The notes below the pieces were generated by a model. That model worked only from the letters and a program-made list of their open reading frames with translations. It did not search any database and was not told the origin of the DNA. The position numbers and the translations under genes are program-made. A stretch of DNA of 64,000 nucleotides from Desulfobacteraceae bacterium (GTDB lineage Bacteria; Desulfobacterota; Desulfobacteria; Desulfobacterales; JAABRJ01), in assembly GCA_022340425.1 (NCBI GenBank), contig JAJDNY010000161.1:14451-78450 (forward strand). The letters run 5' to 3'. Shown here in pieces: positions 1 through 11,331 of this stretch. Every line of letters starts with the position of its first letter. Position 1 is the stretch's first letter.

Positions 1-84
1 CGCGGCGCCCGCTGACCCCGCCCGCGGTGATTGAAACGGCGGGGCCGTGTTTCTCGAAAACCCATCGCCCAGAGGAGGATCCAC

Positions 85-531
85 ATGTACCATGTCATTC
101 TGGTGCCGCTGGACGGCTCCAAGCGTGCCGAGGCCATTTTGCCGCACGTGGAGGAACTGGCGCGCCGCTACGAGGCGCGGGTGGTATTTTTGGGGGTCGT
201 CGAGCCGGTGGTGTTGGCCGACGCCGGCTGGGCCGACCTGCAGCTCAGCCAGCAGATCTACGACGAGCAGGTCGGCCAGACCGAGGCCTACCTGGGGGGG
301 CTGAAGGGGGAGTTCCGTGAAAAGGGGATTCGCGCCCAGGTCCGGGTGGGCCACGGCAGCCCGGTGGATGCCATCATCGCCACCGCCGAGGCCGAAACCG
401 CCGACCTGGTGGCCATGGCCAGCCACGGCCGGACGGGTCTGGCGCGGGCCTTTTACGGCAGCGTGGCCGCCGGGGTGCTCAACCGGGTGGACCGCCCGCT
501 GTTGATGGTGCGCTCCCGGGAGGCGGACTGA
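85..531 (+). CDS. Universal stress protein (UspA family)
   Basis: ORF 31..531 trimmed to the internal ATG at 85, which is preceded by AGGAGGA (72-78). 'YHVILVPLDGS' N-terminus and 'MASHGRTGL..FYGSVA' C-terminal motif are typical of UspA domains. Confidence 0.85.
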   Translation: MYHVILVPLDGSKRAEAILPHVEELARRYEARVVFLGVVEPVVLADAGWADLQLSQQIYDEQVGQTEAYLGGLKGEFREKGIRAQVRVGHGSPVDAIIATAEAETADLVAMASHGRTGLARAFYGSVAAGVLNRVDRPLLMVRSREAD

Positions 532-743
532 ACCGAGGCGGTGATTATTTCTCCCCGGGGCGCTGGCCCCGGGGAGAGGAGGGGCAGGGTCGCGGTAAAA
601 AATAATTCCATAATATGGCGCAGGATTTTGGTTTGCCACCAAGGCACATCCGTCGGCACATATTTAGATATGTGTCGGCGGATGTAACGCCGGTGACGGG
701 CCAAAAGACATGCAAGATGTGAAATTATTTTTTTTCGAGGCCC

Positions 744-2927
<2,184 letters not shown>

Positions 2928-2938
<11 letters not shown>

Positions 2939-3455
2939 GGGTCGCGCAGATATGGATGAAACGGTCCAGCTTGATCCGCTGGCGGGCGGTGAGGTTGATA
3001 AAGCGCACCCGCAGGAGCCGTCTGCCCGGCTGGACCAGCACGAAATCGTCGGGCAGTTTCAAGTCTTCCACCAGTTGGAAGCGAAGCCCGCCCAGGTAGA
3101 GCCGTTTTTCGGCCATCAGAAGATCCAGCACCGCCGTGCCGAGCGCCATGGGGCCGCCGCCGGAGGCATGGAACGCGGCCCCGCCGCGGCTGATGTCGAT
3201 CAGCGGGCCAACGCGGCAGGGTTTGGAGGCATACACGGCCAGACCGATTTGGCCCAGGCTCATAGCGCCGATCGGGCCGATCCTGCCAGCGTGCGAGCGG
3301 ATCAGCGCAAAGGCCCCTTTGCGGGCCGGGAAGCGATGGTGCGCCCGACGCTCCATTTCCCCAAAGGTCTGTCGCCGCTGCCGCCTGGGGGGGAGGGCGC
3401 CCGGCAGTGGGATCTGGACGTGAGGGCCCAGGTGGTTGGTGGCATCATGGTTCAT
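2928..3455 (-). CDS. PilZ domain protein (putative c-di-GMP receptor)
   Basis: 'ERRAHHRF' (RxxxR) and 'DISRGGAAF' (D/NxSxxG) are the PilZ signature motifs. ATG start; the 3' end overlaps the methyltransferase start by 11 nt. Confidence 0.75.
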
Positions 3456-4021
3456 GGGATCGGCCTTCTGTGGTGTGGTTTTCAGGGGATCGCCGCCTGC
3501 GAAGCCCCTTCCGGGTTATCCCCGGGTACCGGTCGCCTTTTGCAAAATCCCCCGGGGCGGGCCCGTGGGTGCAGCCCCAAGCGTCGGGGCGGGCTGGGCG
3601 GATGCGAATTGGATGCGTCGAGCAGAGATCCCGGGGGACGGGAGAACAGAACGGACGATTGATCGAATCGAAAAAAGCAAAGAGTGTGCCCGCCAATCAA
3701 CTGCCCAGCCGGCGCCGGCAGCCGTTCCCCCCCTTTTCCGGTTGCGGCCCCTTGCCGCCGTTTCTTCCGGCAGGTACATCATTAAAATAGGCCTCGACTT
3801 GGCCCTTTTCAATTATTTTATACCCCCCAGGGACTGCCCCTGTCCATAGGTGAAACCCCCAAATCACCGGCCGTGGACTTTCATCCGGAACACCTCTTTT
3901 TTCGAAAAAATGCGAGGGGATCTTCGCAATTTTATCAAGAGGTCCCGCCGCGTCACCCGGCGGTCCCACGAAATGCGTTTGAAAAGCTGGACCCATAGCT
4001 GACCAAGACGTCGATCGCGGC

Positions 4022-4037
4022 TGGCACGGCTTCTGCT
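4022..4037 (+). promoter_or_regulatory. Candidate sigma-54 (-24/-12) promoter upstream of the acetyltransferase gene
   Basis: TGGCACGgcttCTGCT matches TGGCACG-N4-TTGCW with one mismatch and exact GG-N10-GC spacing. It lies about 165 nt upstream of ATG 4203. An AT palindrome (3897-3910) and a GGTCCC direct repeat (3941/3962) lie upstream. Confidence 0.4.
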
Positions 4038-4202
4038 TCGGCAAAGGCCGGTTGTCGGTTTGCGGGCGCCCCTGCCAGAGGCGGGCGCCGATACTGGGAC
4101 CGCCCATCAAAAAATTCGTCGCCAACCACCCCGCTTCACCGCCAGACCACCAGGCCGCCCGCCCTTGAACTTCCGGCCCGTGACACCAATGAGGAAAGCG
4201 CC

Positions 4203-6896
4203 ATGACCACCCGCAATCTCCAATTTCTCTTCAAGCCCACCGCTGTCGCCCTGATCGGCGCCAGCCAGAAACCGGCCTCGGTCGGTGCGGTGCTCTCGCG
4301 CAACCTTTTCAGCGGGGGCTTCGAGGGGAACATCTTCCCGGTGAACCCCAAATACGACGCCATCCAGGGGGTGCGCACCTTCCCGGACATCGCCTCCTTG
4401 CCCCACCCGCCGGACCTGGCGGTGGTGGCCACCCCGCCGGAGACGGTCCCGCAGATCATCGGCCAACTGGGCGAAAAAGGGGCCCGCGCCGCCGTGGTGA
4501 TCACCGCCGGTTTTGCGGAGGGTCAAAACCGCCGCGGCCAGGCCCTGCAGGCGGCCCTGCTGGAGGCCGCCCGGCCCCACCTGCTGCGGATCATCGGACC
4601 CAACTGTCTCGGGATCATGGTGCCCGGCATCGGCCTCAACGCCAGCTTCGGGCATGTGGCGCCCCTGCCGGGGCGGCTGGCATTCGTGGCCCAGTCCGGG
4701 GCGGTACTGACTTCGGTGCTGGACTGGGCCACGGCCCGCCGGATCGGGTTTTCCCATTTTGTCTCACTGGGCGACATGGCCGACGTCGATTTCGGAGACA
4801 TGCTGGATTATCTCGCCAACGATGCCCGCACCCGCGCCATTCTGCTTTACGTGGAGGCCATCCACCAGGCCCGCAAGTTCATGTCCGCCGCCCGGGCGGC
4901 CGCGCGCGTCAAGCCGGTGGTGGTGGTCAAGGCCGGCCGCTTCCTGGAAGGGGCGCGTGCGGCCGCCTCCCACACCGGCGCCCTGGCGGGGTCCGACGCG
5001 GTCTACGATGCGGCCTTCCGCCGGGCGGGGATGCTGCGGGTTAAAGACATGCAGGCGCTCTTTGACGTGGTCGGCACCCTGGCCATGACCCGACCCTTCA
5101 AAGGCGACCGGCTGGCGATTTTGACCAACGGCGGCGGGGTCGGTGTGCTGGCCACCGACGCTCTGATCGAGCGCGGCGGGCGGCTGGCGGACCTCTGCGG
5201 GGAAACCCTGGCGCGCCTGGACAGCGTCTTGCCCCCCACCTGGTCCCACGGCAACCCGGTGGACATCATCGGGGATGCCCCCGGCAGCCGCTATGCCGAT
5301 GCCCTCACGGTGCTTTTGGACGATCCGGGGGCGGACGCCATCCTGGTGCTCAACTGCCCGACCGCCGTGGCTTCCGGCATCGAGGCGGCCCAGGGGGTGA
5401 TCGCAACCGTCAAGCAAAACGAGTTGAAGACCGCCAGCCGCGGGTTGTTGACCAGCTGGCTGGGTGAGGCGGCCGCCGAGGGGGCGCGGCAGGCCTTCGG
5501 CGAAAACCGGATTCCCACCTACAGGACCCCCGAGGAAGCCGTGCGGGCCTTCATGCAGATGGTGCGCTACCGCCGCGGCCAGGAAATGCTGATGGAAACC
5601 CCGCCCAACGTGCCCGAGGATTTCCAACCGGACACGCCGGCAGCCGGCGCCCTTCTCAAGGCCGCCTTGGCGGAGGGGCGGGAGTGGCTGACCGAGGCCG
5701 AGGCCAAGGCGCTGCTGGCCGCCTACCGGATCCCGGTGGTGACCACCCGGGTGGCGGCGACACCCGAGGAGGCGGCGAAACTGGCCGCCGGTTTGGGCGG
5801 CCCCGCGGCGCTGAAGATCCTTTCACCGGACATCAGCCACAAGACCGATGTGGGCGGTGTGGCCCTGGATCTGGAAACCCCCGCAGCGGTCCGCGCGGCC
5901 GCCGCCGCCATGCTGCAGCTGGTGCATACCGCCCGGCCGGAGGCCCGCATCCAGGGCTTTACGGTCCAGCCCATGATTGCGCGTCAGCGTGCCCATGAAC
6001 TGATCGTCGGCATGGTCGAGGACCCCCAGTTCGGGCCTGTGGTGCTCTTCGGGCACGGCGGGACGGCCGTGGAGGTGATCGCCGACAAGGCTCTGGCGCT
6101 GGCCCCGCTCAACATGCACCTGGCGCGCGAGATGATGGGCCGCACCCGGGTTATCCGTTTGCTGGAAGGCTACCGCGGGATGCCGCCGGCCGACCTGGAG
6201 GCCATCGCCTTGACCCTGGTCAAGGTCTCCCAACTGGCCTGCGATCTGGCCGAGGTGCTGGAACTGGATATCAATCCGCTGCTGGCCGGAGCCCGCGGCG
6301 TCATGGCCCTGGACGCCCGCGTTCGGGTGTGGCCCTCCGCCCGGCCGGCCGCGGAGCGGCTGGCCATTCGGCCCTATCCCAAGGAGTTGGAGGAGACGGT
6401 GACCCTGCCCGACGGTCAGCGGCTGCTGCTGCGACCCATCCGGCCGGAAGACGAACCGGCGGTTCACGATCTCTTCCAGCGGCTGTCGCCGGAGGAAATC
6501 CGCTTCCGTTTCCTGCACACCATGAAGTACCTGTCCCACGATCAAGCCGCGCGTCTCACCCAGATCGATTACGACCGGCAGATGGCGCTGGTGCTGACCG
6601 AGCGGGACGGGCCGGGACACCCCGCGCTTTACGGGGGGGTGCGGATTGCCGCCGATCCCGATAACATGGCCGCGGAATTCGCCATCCTGCTGAGAAGCGA
6701 CATGACCGGCAAGGGGCTTGGGCCGATGCTGATGCGCAGGATCATCGACTATGCCCGCAGCCGGGGAATCGGTGAGATCTACGGGGAGGTGATGGCCGAG
6801 AACCGCACCATGCGGCGGCTGTGCGAGGCCTTTGGGTTCAGCTTCAAGGCGATTGCGGACGACCCCGGTGTCATGCACGCCAGTTTGCAACTCTGA
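4203..6896 (+). CDS. Bifunctional ADP-forming acyl-CoA synthetase-like / GNAT N-acetyltransferase (Pat/PatZ-type protein lysine acetyltransferase)
   Basis: 897 aa. N-terminal CoA-binding ('VALIGASQKPASVG'), ligase-CoA and ATP-grasp regions, plus a C-terminal GNAT domain (about the last 160 aa). ATG with GAGGAA RBS. Confidence 0.9.
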   Translation: MTTRNLQFLFKPTAVALIGASQKPASVGAVLSRNLFSGGFEGNIFPVNPKYDAIQGVRTFPDIASLPHPPDLAVVATPPETVPQIIGQLGEKGARAAVVITAGFAEGQNRRGQALQAALLEAARPHLLRIIGPNCLGIMVPGIGLNASFGHVAPLPGRLAFVAQSGAVLTSVLDWATARRIGFSHFVSLGDMADVDFGDMLDYLANDARTRAILLYVEAIHQARKFMSAARAAARVKPVVVVKAGRFLEGARAAASHTGALAGSDAVYDAAFRRAGMLRVKDMQALFDVVGTLAMTRPFKGDRLAILTNGGGVGVLATDALIERGGRLADLCGETLARLDSVLPPTWSHGNPVDIIGDAPGSRYADALTVLLDDPGADAILVLNCPTAVASGIEAAQGVIATVKQNELKTASRGLLTSWLGEAAAEGARQAFGENRIPTYRTPEEAVRAFMQMVRYRRGQEMLMETPPNVPEDFQPDTPAAGALLKAALAEGREWLTEAEAKALLAAYRIPVVTTRVAATPEEAAKLAAGLGGPAALKILSPDISHKTDVGGVALDLETPAAVRAAAAAMLQLVHTARPEARIQGFTVQPMIARQRAHELIVGMVEDPQFGPVVLFGHGGTAVEVIADKALALAPLNMHLAREMMGRTRVIRLLEGYRGMPPADLEAIALTLVKVSQLACDLAEVLELDINPLLAGARGVMALDARVRVWPSARPAAERLAIRPYPKELEETVTLPDGQRLLLRPIRPEDEPAVHDLFQRLSPEEIRFRFLHTMKYLSHDQAARLTQIDYDRQMALVLTERDGPGHPALYGGVRIAADPDNMAAEFAILLRSDMTGKGLGPMLMRRIIDYARSRGIGEIYGEVMAENRTMRRLCEAFGFSFKAIADDPGVMHASLQL

Positions 6897-6969
6897 CGGC
6901 GGGGTGCAGCCCTCCGACAGCAGCCGCGACCGGGGCGGCAACCCGCGTTCGGCCGGTTGAGCGGGCGAT

Positions 6970-7980
6970 TCAGTAAGTGTCGTCTTCCAGGGTTTCGATG
7001 GTGTCCGCGGCTTCGGTGATGATGCCCGCCAGGTCGCCGCGGCCGAGTTTCAGATGTGCCAGCGCGCCGGGCTCAACGGGTGCCGCCGGGCTGCCGGTGG
7101 TGGCCGCGGGGTCGAAGGCCGCCAGGGCGTCGGCTACGTGCAGAATGTAGGCCAGCGGGCTTCCGCCCGAGCGCGACGGCTGGTGGTGAAAGCGGATGGC
7201 GACGGCCTGGGGGGCGGGTATATTCCATTTCTGGCAGAGGGCGAAGCCGGTTTCCGCGTGGTCGAATCCCAAAACCGCCTGTTCGGCCAGAAGCGGGGTG
7301 TTGGGGTGGTATTTGCGCAGGGCATCGTAGGCCGATTTGCGCTCCATGACATACGGGTCGAGGATGATTTTGCCGGCATCGTGCAGCAGACCGGCCATGA
7401 AGGCCTCGTCGCGTACCGGCAGGCCGGTCCGACTGGCGATCGTCGCCGAGGTCACCGCCACGGTCAGGGAGTGGCGCCAGAGGCAGCCGGAGTCCAGCTC
7501 AAACCCCTGCAGTTCGCTGCCCAGCATCTTGGAGGTGCTCACCAGGGTGATGATCTGCACCAGCATCCGGACGCCCAGCAAAACGGCGGCATCCAGCAGC
7601 GAGGCCACTTTGCCGGAGCGGCCGTAATAGGCGGAATTGGCGACTTTCAGGACCCGGCTGGCGAGAGCCGGGTCGGTGCGCAGGATGTCGCTGATCTGCC
7701 GCAGGTCGGCCTCGGGGTTGGCCGCCAGCGCCCGCGCCTTGAGCATGATATGGGGCATGGGGTAGAGCTTTTTGAGGTTTTCGACCACCTCGCGTTTGAG
7801 GTCCTCGCCGTAGGGGGTGAAGATCTGCGCCAGGGGCACCGGCTCGGGGGTGGTGGGGCGGTGGTCGAACGTGAAGACCGTCCGGCAGGCCGGGCATTTC
7901 AGCGAACAGGGCGTTTGGGCGGGCAGGCGCTCTTGCGGCAAGCGGTAGGCCCGTCGGCAGGTGGGACATTCTACTCTCAT
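6970..7980 (-). CDS. HDOD domain signalling protein with N-terminal MJ0042-type zinc ribbon
   Basis: ORF 6970..8049 trimmed to ATG 7980 (MRVECPTCRR...). CPTC...CPAC zinc ribbon followed by an HDOD-like region ('LLHDAGKIIL', 'GFDHAETG'). Confidence 0.8.
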   Translation of the reverse strand: MRVECPTCRRAYRLPQERLPAQTPCSLKCPACRTVFTFDHRPTTPEPVPLAQIFTPYGEDLKREVVENLKKLYPMPHIMLKARALAANPEADLRQISDILRTDPALASRVLKVANSAYYGRSGKVASLLDAAVLLGVRMLVQIITLVSTSKMLGSELQGFELDSGCLWRHSLTVAVTSATIASRTGLPVRDEAFMAGLLHDAGKIILDPYVMERKSAYDALRKYHPNTPLLAEQAVLGFDHAETGFALCQKWNIPAPQAVAIRFHHQPSRSGGSPLAYILHVADALAAFDPAATTGSPAAPVEPGALAHLKLGRGDLAGIITEAADTIETLEDDTY

Positions 7981-8139
7981 GGCGGCTCGTTTCCTCGGCG
8001 TGGCGGACGTTGCCCCGGAGGGCTGCCGGTTTCTGGGGAAGCCCTGCAATCGTCGCCGTCAAAAATAGGATCGGAAACCAGCCGGAATTACTTTACATCT
8101 TTCCTGGGAAAGGGCTTGCCAGAGCGGCGCCAAGGCGAG

Positions 8140-8391
8140 TCAGGCCGCCGCGAGGCGCTCTTGCAGGTAGCCGAGGCAGCCGTTGAGGGTGCTCAAACGG
8201 GGATAAGAGGCTTCAGGAATCTGGATTGCGAGCGCCTTTCCCAGCGCCAGCGCAAACCGCAGGCAGTCCACCGAGTCAAAGGTGAACTGGTCGCGGAAGG
8301 CCTTGTCCGGGTCGAGTTTTTCCAGCTCGGCTTCCGGCGCAATCTCTGCCAGCAGCCGACGGGTCAGCGTTTCAAGTTCTGCTCGCGTCAT
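8140..8391 (-). CDS. Acyl carrier protein-like (phosphopantetheine-binding) protein
   Basis: 83 aa. 'FTFDSVDCLRFALAL' resembles the Ser-containing helix II attachment motif of ACPs. GGGAGA RBS. The ATG overlaps the upstream Lon-like stop by 20 nt. Confidence 0.6.
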   Translation of the reverse strand: MTRAELETLTRRLLAEIAPEAELEKLDPDKAFRDQFTFDSVDCLRFALALGKALAIQIPEASYPRLSTLNGCLGYLQERLAAA

Positions 8392-10819
8392 TTTTTTCTC
8401 CCGGGCCCCCGCCGAAATCCTTGACGATCTGGGCGATGCGGCGCAGCCGTTGGTCCACTTTGAAGAACACGGTCCCTTTGGAATAGGTGTCGTCGGTGCC
8501 GGGGCGGCCGGCGGGCAGACCGGTCAGGATCTCGATGCCCTCCTCGACCCGCGAGACCGGCCAGACATGAAATTGACCGTCCCGCACGGCGTCCACCACA
8601 TCCTGGCGCAGCATGAGGTGGCGGACATTTTTTTGGGGGATGATGACCCCCTGGCCTCCGGTCAGGCCCTTGTGGCGGCAGATCTCGAAAAAAGCCTCGA
8701 TTTTGCGCGTCACCCCCCCCACCGGCTGGATTTCGCCCTTCTGGCTGACTGAGCCGGTGACGGCGATGCCTTGGCGGATGGGGACCTCGGCCAGGGCGCT
8801 GAGAATCGCGTAAAGCTCGGTGCTCGATGCGCTGTCGCCCTCCACCGGACCGTAGCTCTGCTCGAAGCACAGCGAGGCCGTAAGCGAAATGGGCTTGTCG
8901 CGGCCGAAGTGCTCCTTGAGAAAATTGCTCAGGATCATGACTCCCTTGGTGTGGAGCTTGCCGCTTAGCTTGGATTCGCGTTCGATGGCGACCACCCCCT
9001 CGCGCCCCACCGAGACCGTGGCCGTGATGCGGTTGGGTTTGCCGAACAGATGGTCGCCGGTCATCAGGATCGAGAGGCCGTTGATCTGCCCGACCTTGCT
9101 GCCCTCGGTTTCCACCCAGCAGATGTCCTTTTTGACCAGCTCCATGACCCGGTCCTCCACCAGGTTGGCGCGCTGGATCCGGCTGCGGATGGCGGTCTCG
9201 ACGTGCTGCCGGTCGATCAGTTCGGCCTCGCTTTCCCCGGCGTAGTAGTCGGCCTCGCGGATCAGGTCGCGGATGTCGCCCAATTCCAGGCTCAGCTTGT
9301 CCTGATCCTGGGTCAACTCCATGCTGTACTCCAGAAGGCGCGCCGCCCCGCCGCGGGCCACGTGGCGGAAGCCCTCCTCGCGGCAGAAGCGGGCGATCAT
9401 CTGGGCAAACTGCCGCACATGGTCGGCGGCGCGGTCGATGCGGTCGTCCAGGTGGGCCTTGACCTTGAAGAATTTCTGAAAGCGCTCGTCGAGGGTGTAG
9501 AGCAGCTCGTAGATGAAGGGATCGCCGGTGAGGATGATTTTGACCTTCAAGGGGATGGGTTCGGGCCGCAGGCTGCGGGTGCCGAAAAGCCCGTAGAGTT
9601 CGCTGGGGTCCTCGATTTTGATCTCATGGTTGTTCAGGGCCCGCTTGAGGGCTTCGTAGGAGAGAAACCACTTGAGCAGATCGCGGGCCTTCATGATCAG
9701 GTACCCGCCGTTGGCGCGGTGTAAAGCCCCCGGTTTGATCATGCTGAAATCGGTGTAGAAAGCCCCCAGCACGGCCTGCTTGTCGATGGTGCCGAAGAGG
9801 TTGGGATAGGTGGGGTTGCTTTCGATCACCACCGGCGCCCCCTGGGTCTCGGAGTTGTCCAGCAGCACGTTGATTTCGTATTTGCGGAAGGCGCTTTCGC
9901 GGGTTGGGAGCCGAAAGGGGCTCGGCTGGCTTTTTTCATCCGGCTTTTTCTTGAAGTCGTCGATGTTGTCGAGGATGTCCTTTTGCGCGGCCTTGAGATA
10001 GGCGATCACGTCCGGCTCGTCGCGGTATTTCTCCAGCAGGCTTTCCATGATGTGCTCGACGCAGAAGAGCGCGATTTCGTTGTCCAGGCGCGCATGCTCC
10101 TTCTTATACTCCCCCTCCAGGGCGCGCATGCGTTTAAAAGCGGTTTTCATTTTGGCCTGAAGGGCCTCGCTTTTCTCCTGCAGCCGCTGTTTTTCCTCGT
10201 CGCCGAGCTGGTTGACGGCCTTCTGGTCCAGCGGCTTGCCGTCTTGGTCGACCGGGATGATCACCATCCCCACCTGGGACACCTGCAGCAGAAATCCCTC
10301 GGCGCGGGCCGTGCGGCTGAGTTCCTCCTCCAATTTGCGGCGCTGGCGGTCGAAGCCCTTGGACACCTCGTTCTCCCGCGCGCGGTAGTCATCGCTGTCG
10401 AAAACCTCGGGAATGCGGGTGTGCAGGGTTTCGATCAACTCCTCCATGTCGCGCTTGAGGTCCTTGCCGCGGCCGGCCCGGAGCTTGAGGCTGCGGGGTT
10501 TGTCGGCGGCCTCGAAGTTGTGGACGTAGCACCAGTCCGGCGGGTCCGGCTCGCGGCGGGCCTGGTCTTCCAGCAGGGTTTTGGCGATGTAAGTCAGGCC
10601 GGCCTTGGGGGGGCCGGCGACGAAGATGTGGTAGCCGTCGTTCTTGAGACCGACCCCGAAACGAATGGCGCCGATGCCGCGGGCCTGCCCCACCACGCCG
10701 CTTTCCAGCGGGGTCAGCGCGGCGGTGCTTTCGAAGGCCAGCTCGGCCGGGTCGACACGCGCCCGCAACGCTTCTGGGGCGAGCTCCGGAAATTTGCCGG
10801 GGGGGTGATCGGCTGGCAT
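8372..10819 (-). CDS. Lon-like (LonC/COG1067-type) protease with degenerate AAA-like domain
   Basis: C-terminal S16 protease domain with 'GDSASSTELYAIL' (catalytic Ser) and 'GGVTRKIEAFF' (Lys). The N-terminal P-loop reads 'GPPKAGLT' (no GK[ST] lysine) and there is a long coiled-coil insertion. Start is uncertain: TTG 10870, ATG 10846 or ATG 10819 (GGGGAG RBS, used here). Confidence 0.85.
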   Translation of the reverse strand: MPADHPPGKFPELAPEALRARVDPAELAFESTAALTPLESGVVGQARGIGAIRFGVGLKNDGYHIFVAGPPKAGLTYIAKTLLEDQARREPDPPDWCYVHNFEAADKPRSLKLRAGRGKDLKRDMEELIETLHTRIPEVFDSDDYRARENEVSKGFDRQRRKLEEELSRTARAEGFLLQVSQVGMVIIPVDQDGKPLDQKAVNQLGDEEKQRLQEKSEALQAKMKTAFKRMRALEGEYKKEHARLDNEIALFCVEHIMESLLEKYRDEPDVIAYLKAAQKDILDNIDDFKKKPDEKSQPSPFRLPTRESAFRKYEINVLLDNSETQGAPVVIESNPTYPNLFGTIDKQAVLGAFYTDFSMIKPGALHRANGGYLIMKARDLLKWFLSYEALKRALNNHEIKIEDPSELYGLFGTRSLRPEPIPLKVKIILTGDPFIYELLYTLDERFQKFFKVKAHLDDRIDRAADHVRQFAQMIARFCREEGFRHVARGGAARLLEYSMELTQDQDKLSLELGDIRDLIREADYYAGESEAELIDRQHVETAIRSRIQRANLVEDRVMELVKKDICWVETEGSKVGQINGLSILMTGDHLFGKPNRITATVSVGREGVVAIERESKLSGKLHTKGVMILSNFLKEHFGRDKPISLTASLCFEQSYGPVEGDSASSTELYAILSALAEVPIRQGIAVTGSVSQKGEIQPVGGVTRKIEAFFEICRHKGLTGGQGVIIPQKNVRHLMLRQDVVDAVRDGQFHVWPVSRVEEGIEILTGLPAGRPGTDDTYSKGTVFFKVDQRLRRIAQIVKDFGGGPGEKNDASRT

Positions 10820-10891
10820 GATGTCGGCTCCCCTGTGGGTCGGCATGCTTGGGATGCCTTTCAGAAACAATCGGCCACCCTGCCGCCGAGG

Positions 10892-11254
10892 TTACATGCG
10901 AATTTTGGCCTCGGTTTTTTCGGGGTGCTTTTCCAGGTGTCGGCAGCGGTTGGCCGCCGACTTGGCCAGCCGGGCGATGACCCGGGGCAGATCCGAGGCG
11001 TTCCAGACGGCCGAGAAGTCCGGGTCGCTGCCCAAGTCGCGGCTCAAGACATAGAAGGGCTCCTCGGTCGGCACGAGGGCTACGGGCGCGTCCAGCTGCT
11101 CGGTCTTTTCGGGGAAAATCTCGGCGAGCAGCCCGCTTGCGGTCTGGGTAAAGTGGTTTTTGACCTCTTCACCAGTTTCAGCCGCGCTGAGTTTCAGACG
11201 GAAGTCCGGCAGGATTTCATTTTCAAACTGGGTGAAGGAAACTTGTTTTGCCAT
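10892..11254 (-). CDS. Hypothetical protein (120 aa, acidic)
   Basis: ORF 10892..11353 trimmed to ATG 11254, preceded by GAGAGGAGG. High GC3 frame. No family recognised. Confidence 0.6.
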   Translation of the reverse strand: MAKQVSFTQFENEILPDFRLKLSAAETGEEVKNHFTQTASGLLAEIFPEKTEQLDAPVALVPTEEPFYVLSRDLGSDPDFSAVWNASDLPRVIARLAKSAANRCRHLEKHPEKTEAKIRM

Positions 11255-11315
11255 CGCCAACCTCCTCTCAGGGTCCACGACTGTCGTCCAGCGCGAGGCA
11301 GTCCGCCACCAAAAA

Positions 11316-11331
11316 CGCAAGATGCATACCA
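11316..11331 (-). promoter_or_regulatory. Candidate sigma-54 (-24/-12) promoter for the hypothetical/Lon-like/ACP unit
   Basis: The minus strand reads TGGTATGcatcTTGCG, with exact GG-N10-GC spacing and a full TTGC -12 box. It lies about 60 nt upstream of ATG 11254. Confidence 0.5.

Noticed and set aside
3456-4202. ORFs in the 750-nt PilZ/pat intergenic region (3407..3790, 3436..3849, 3516..3812, 3697..4125).
   Set aside because: They are mutually overlapping in several frames, have no SD-linked starts, and give Pro/Gly/Arg-rich translations. The region contains AT-rich promoter-like sequence, so it is treated as non-coding.
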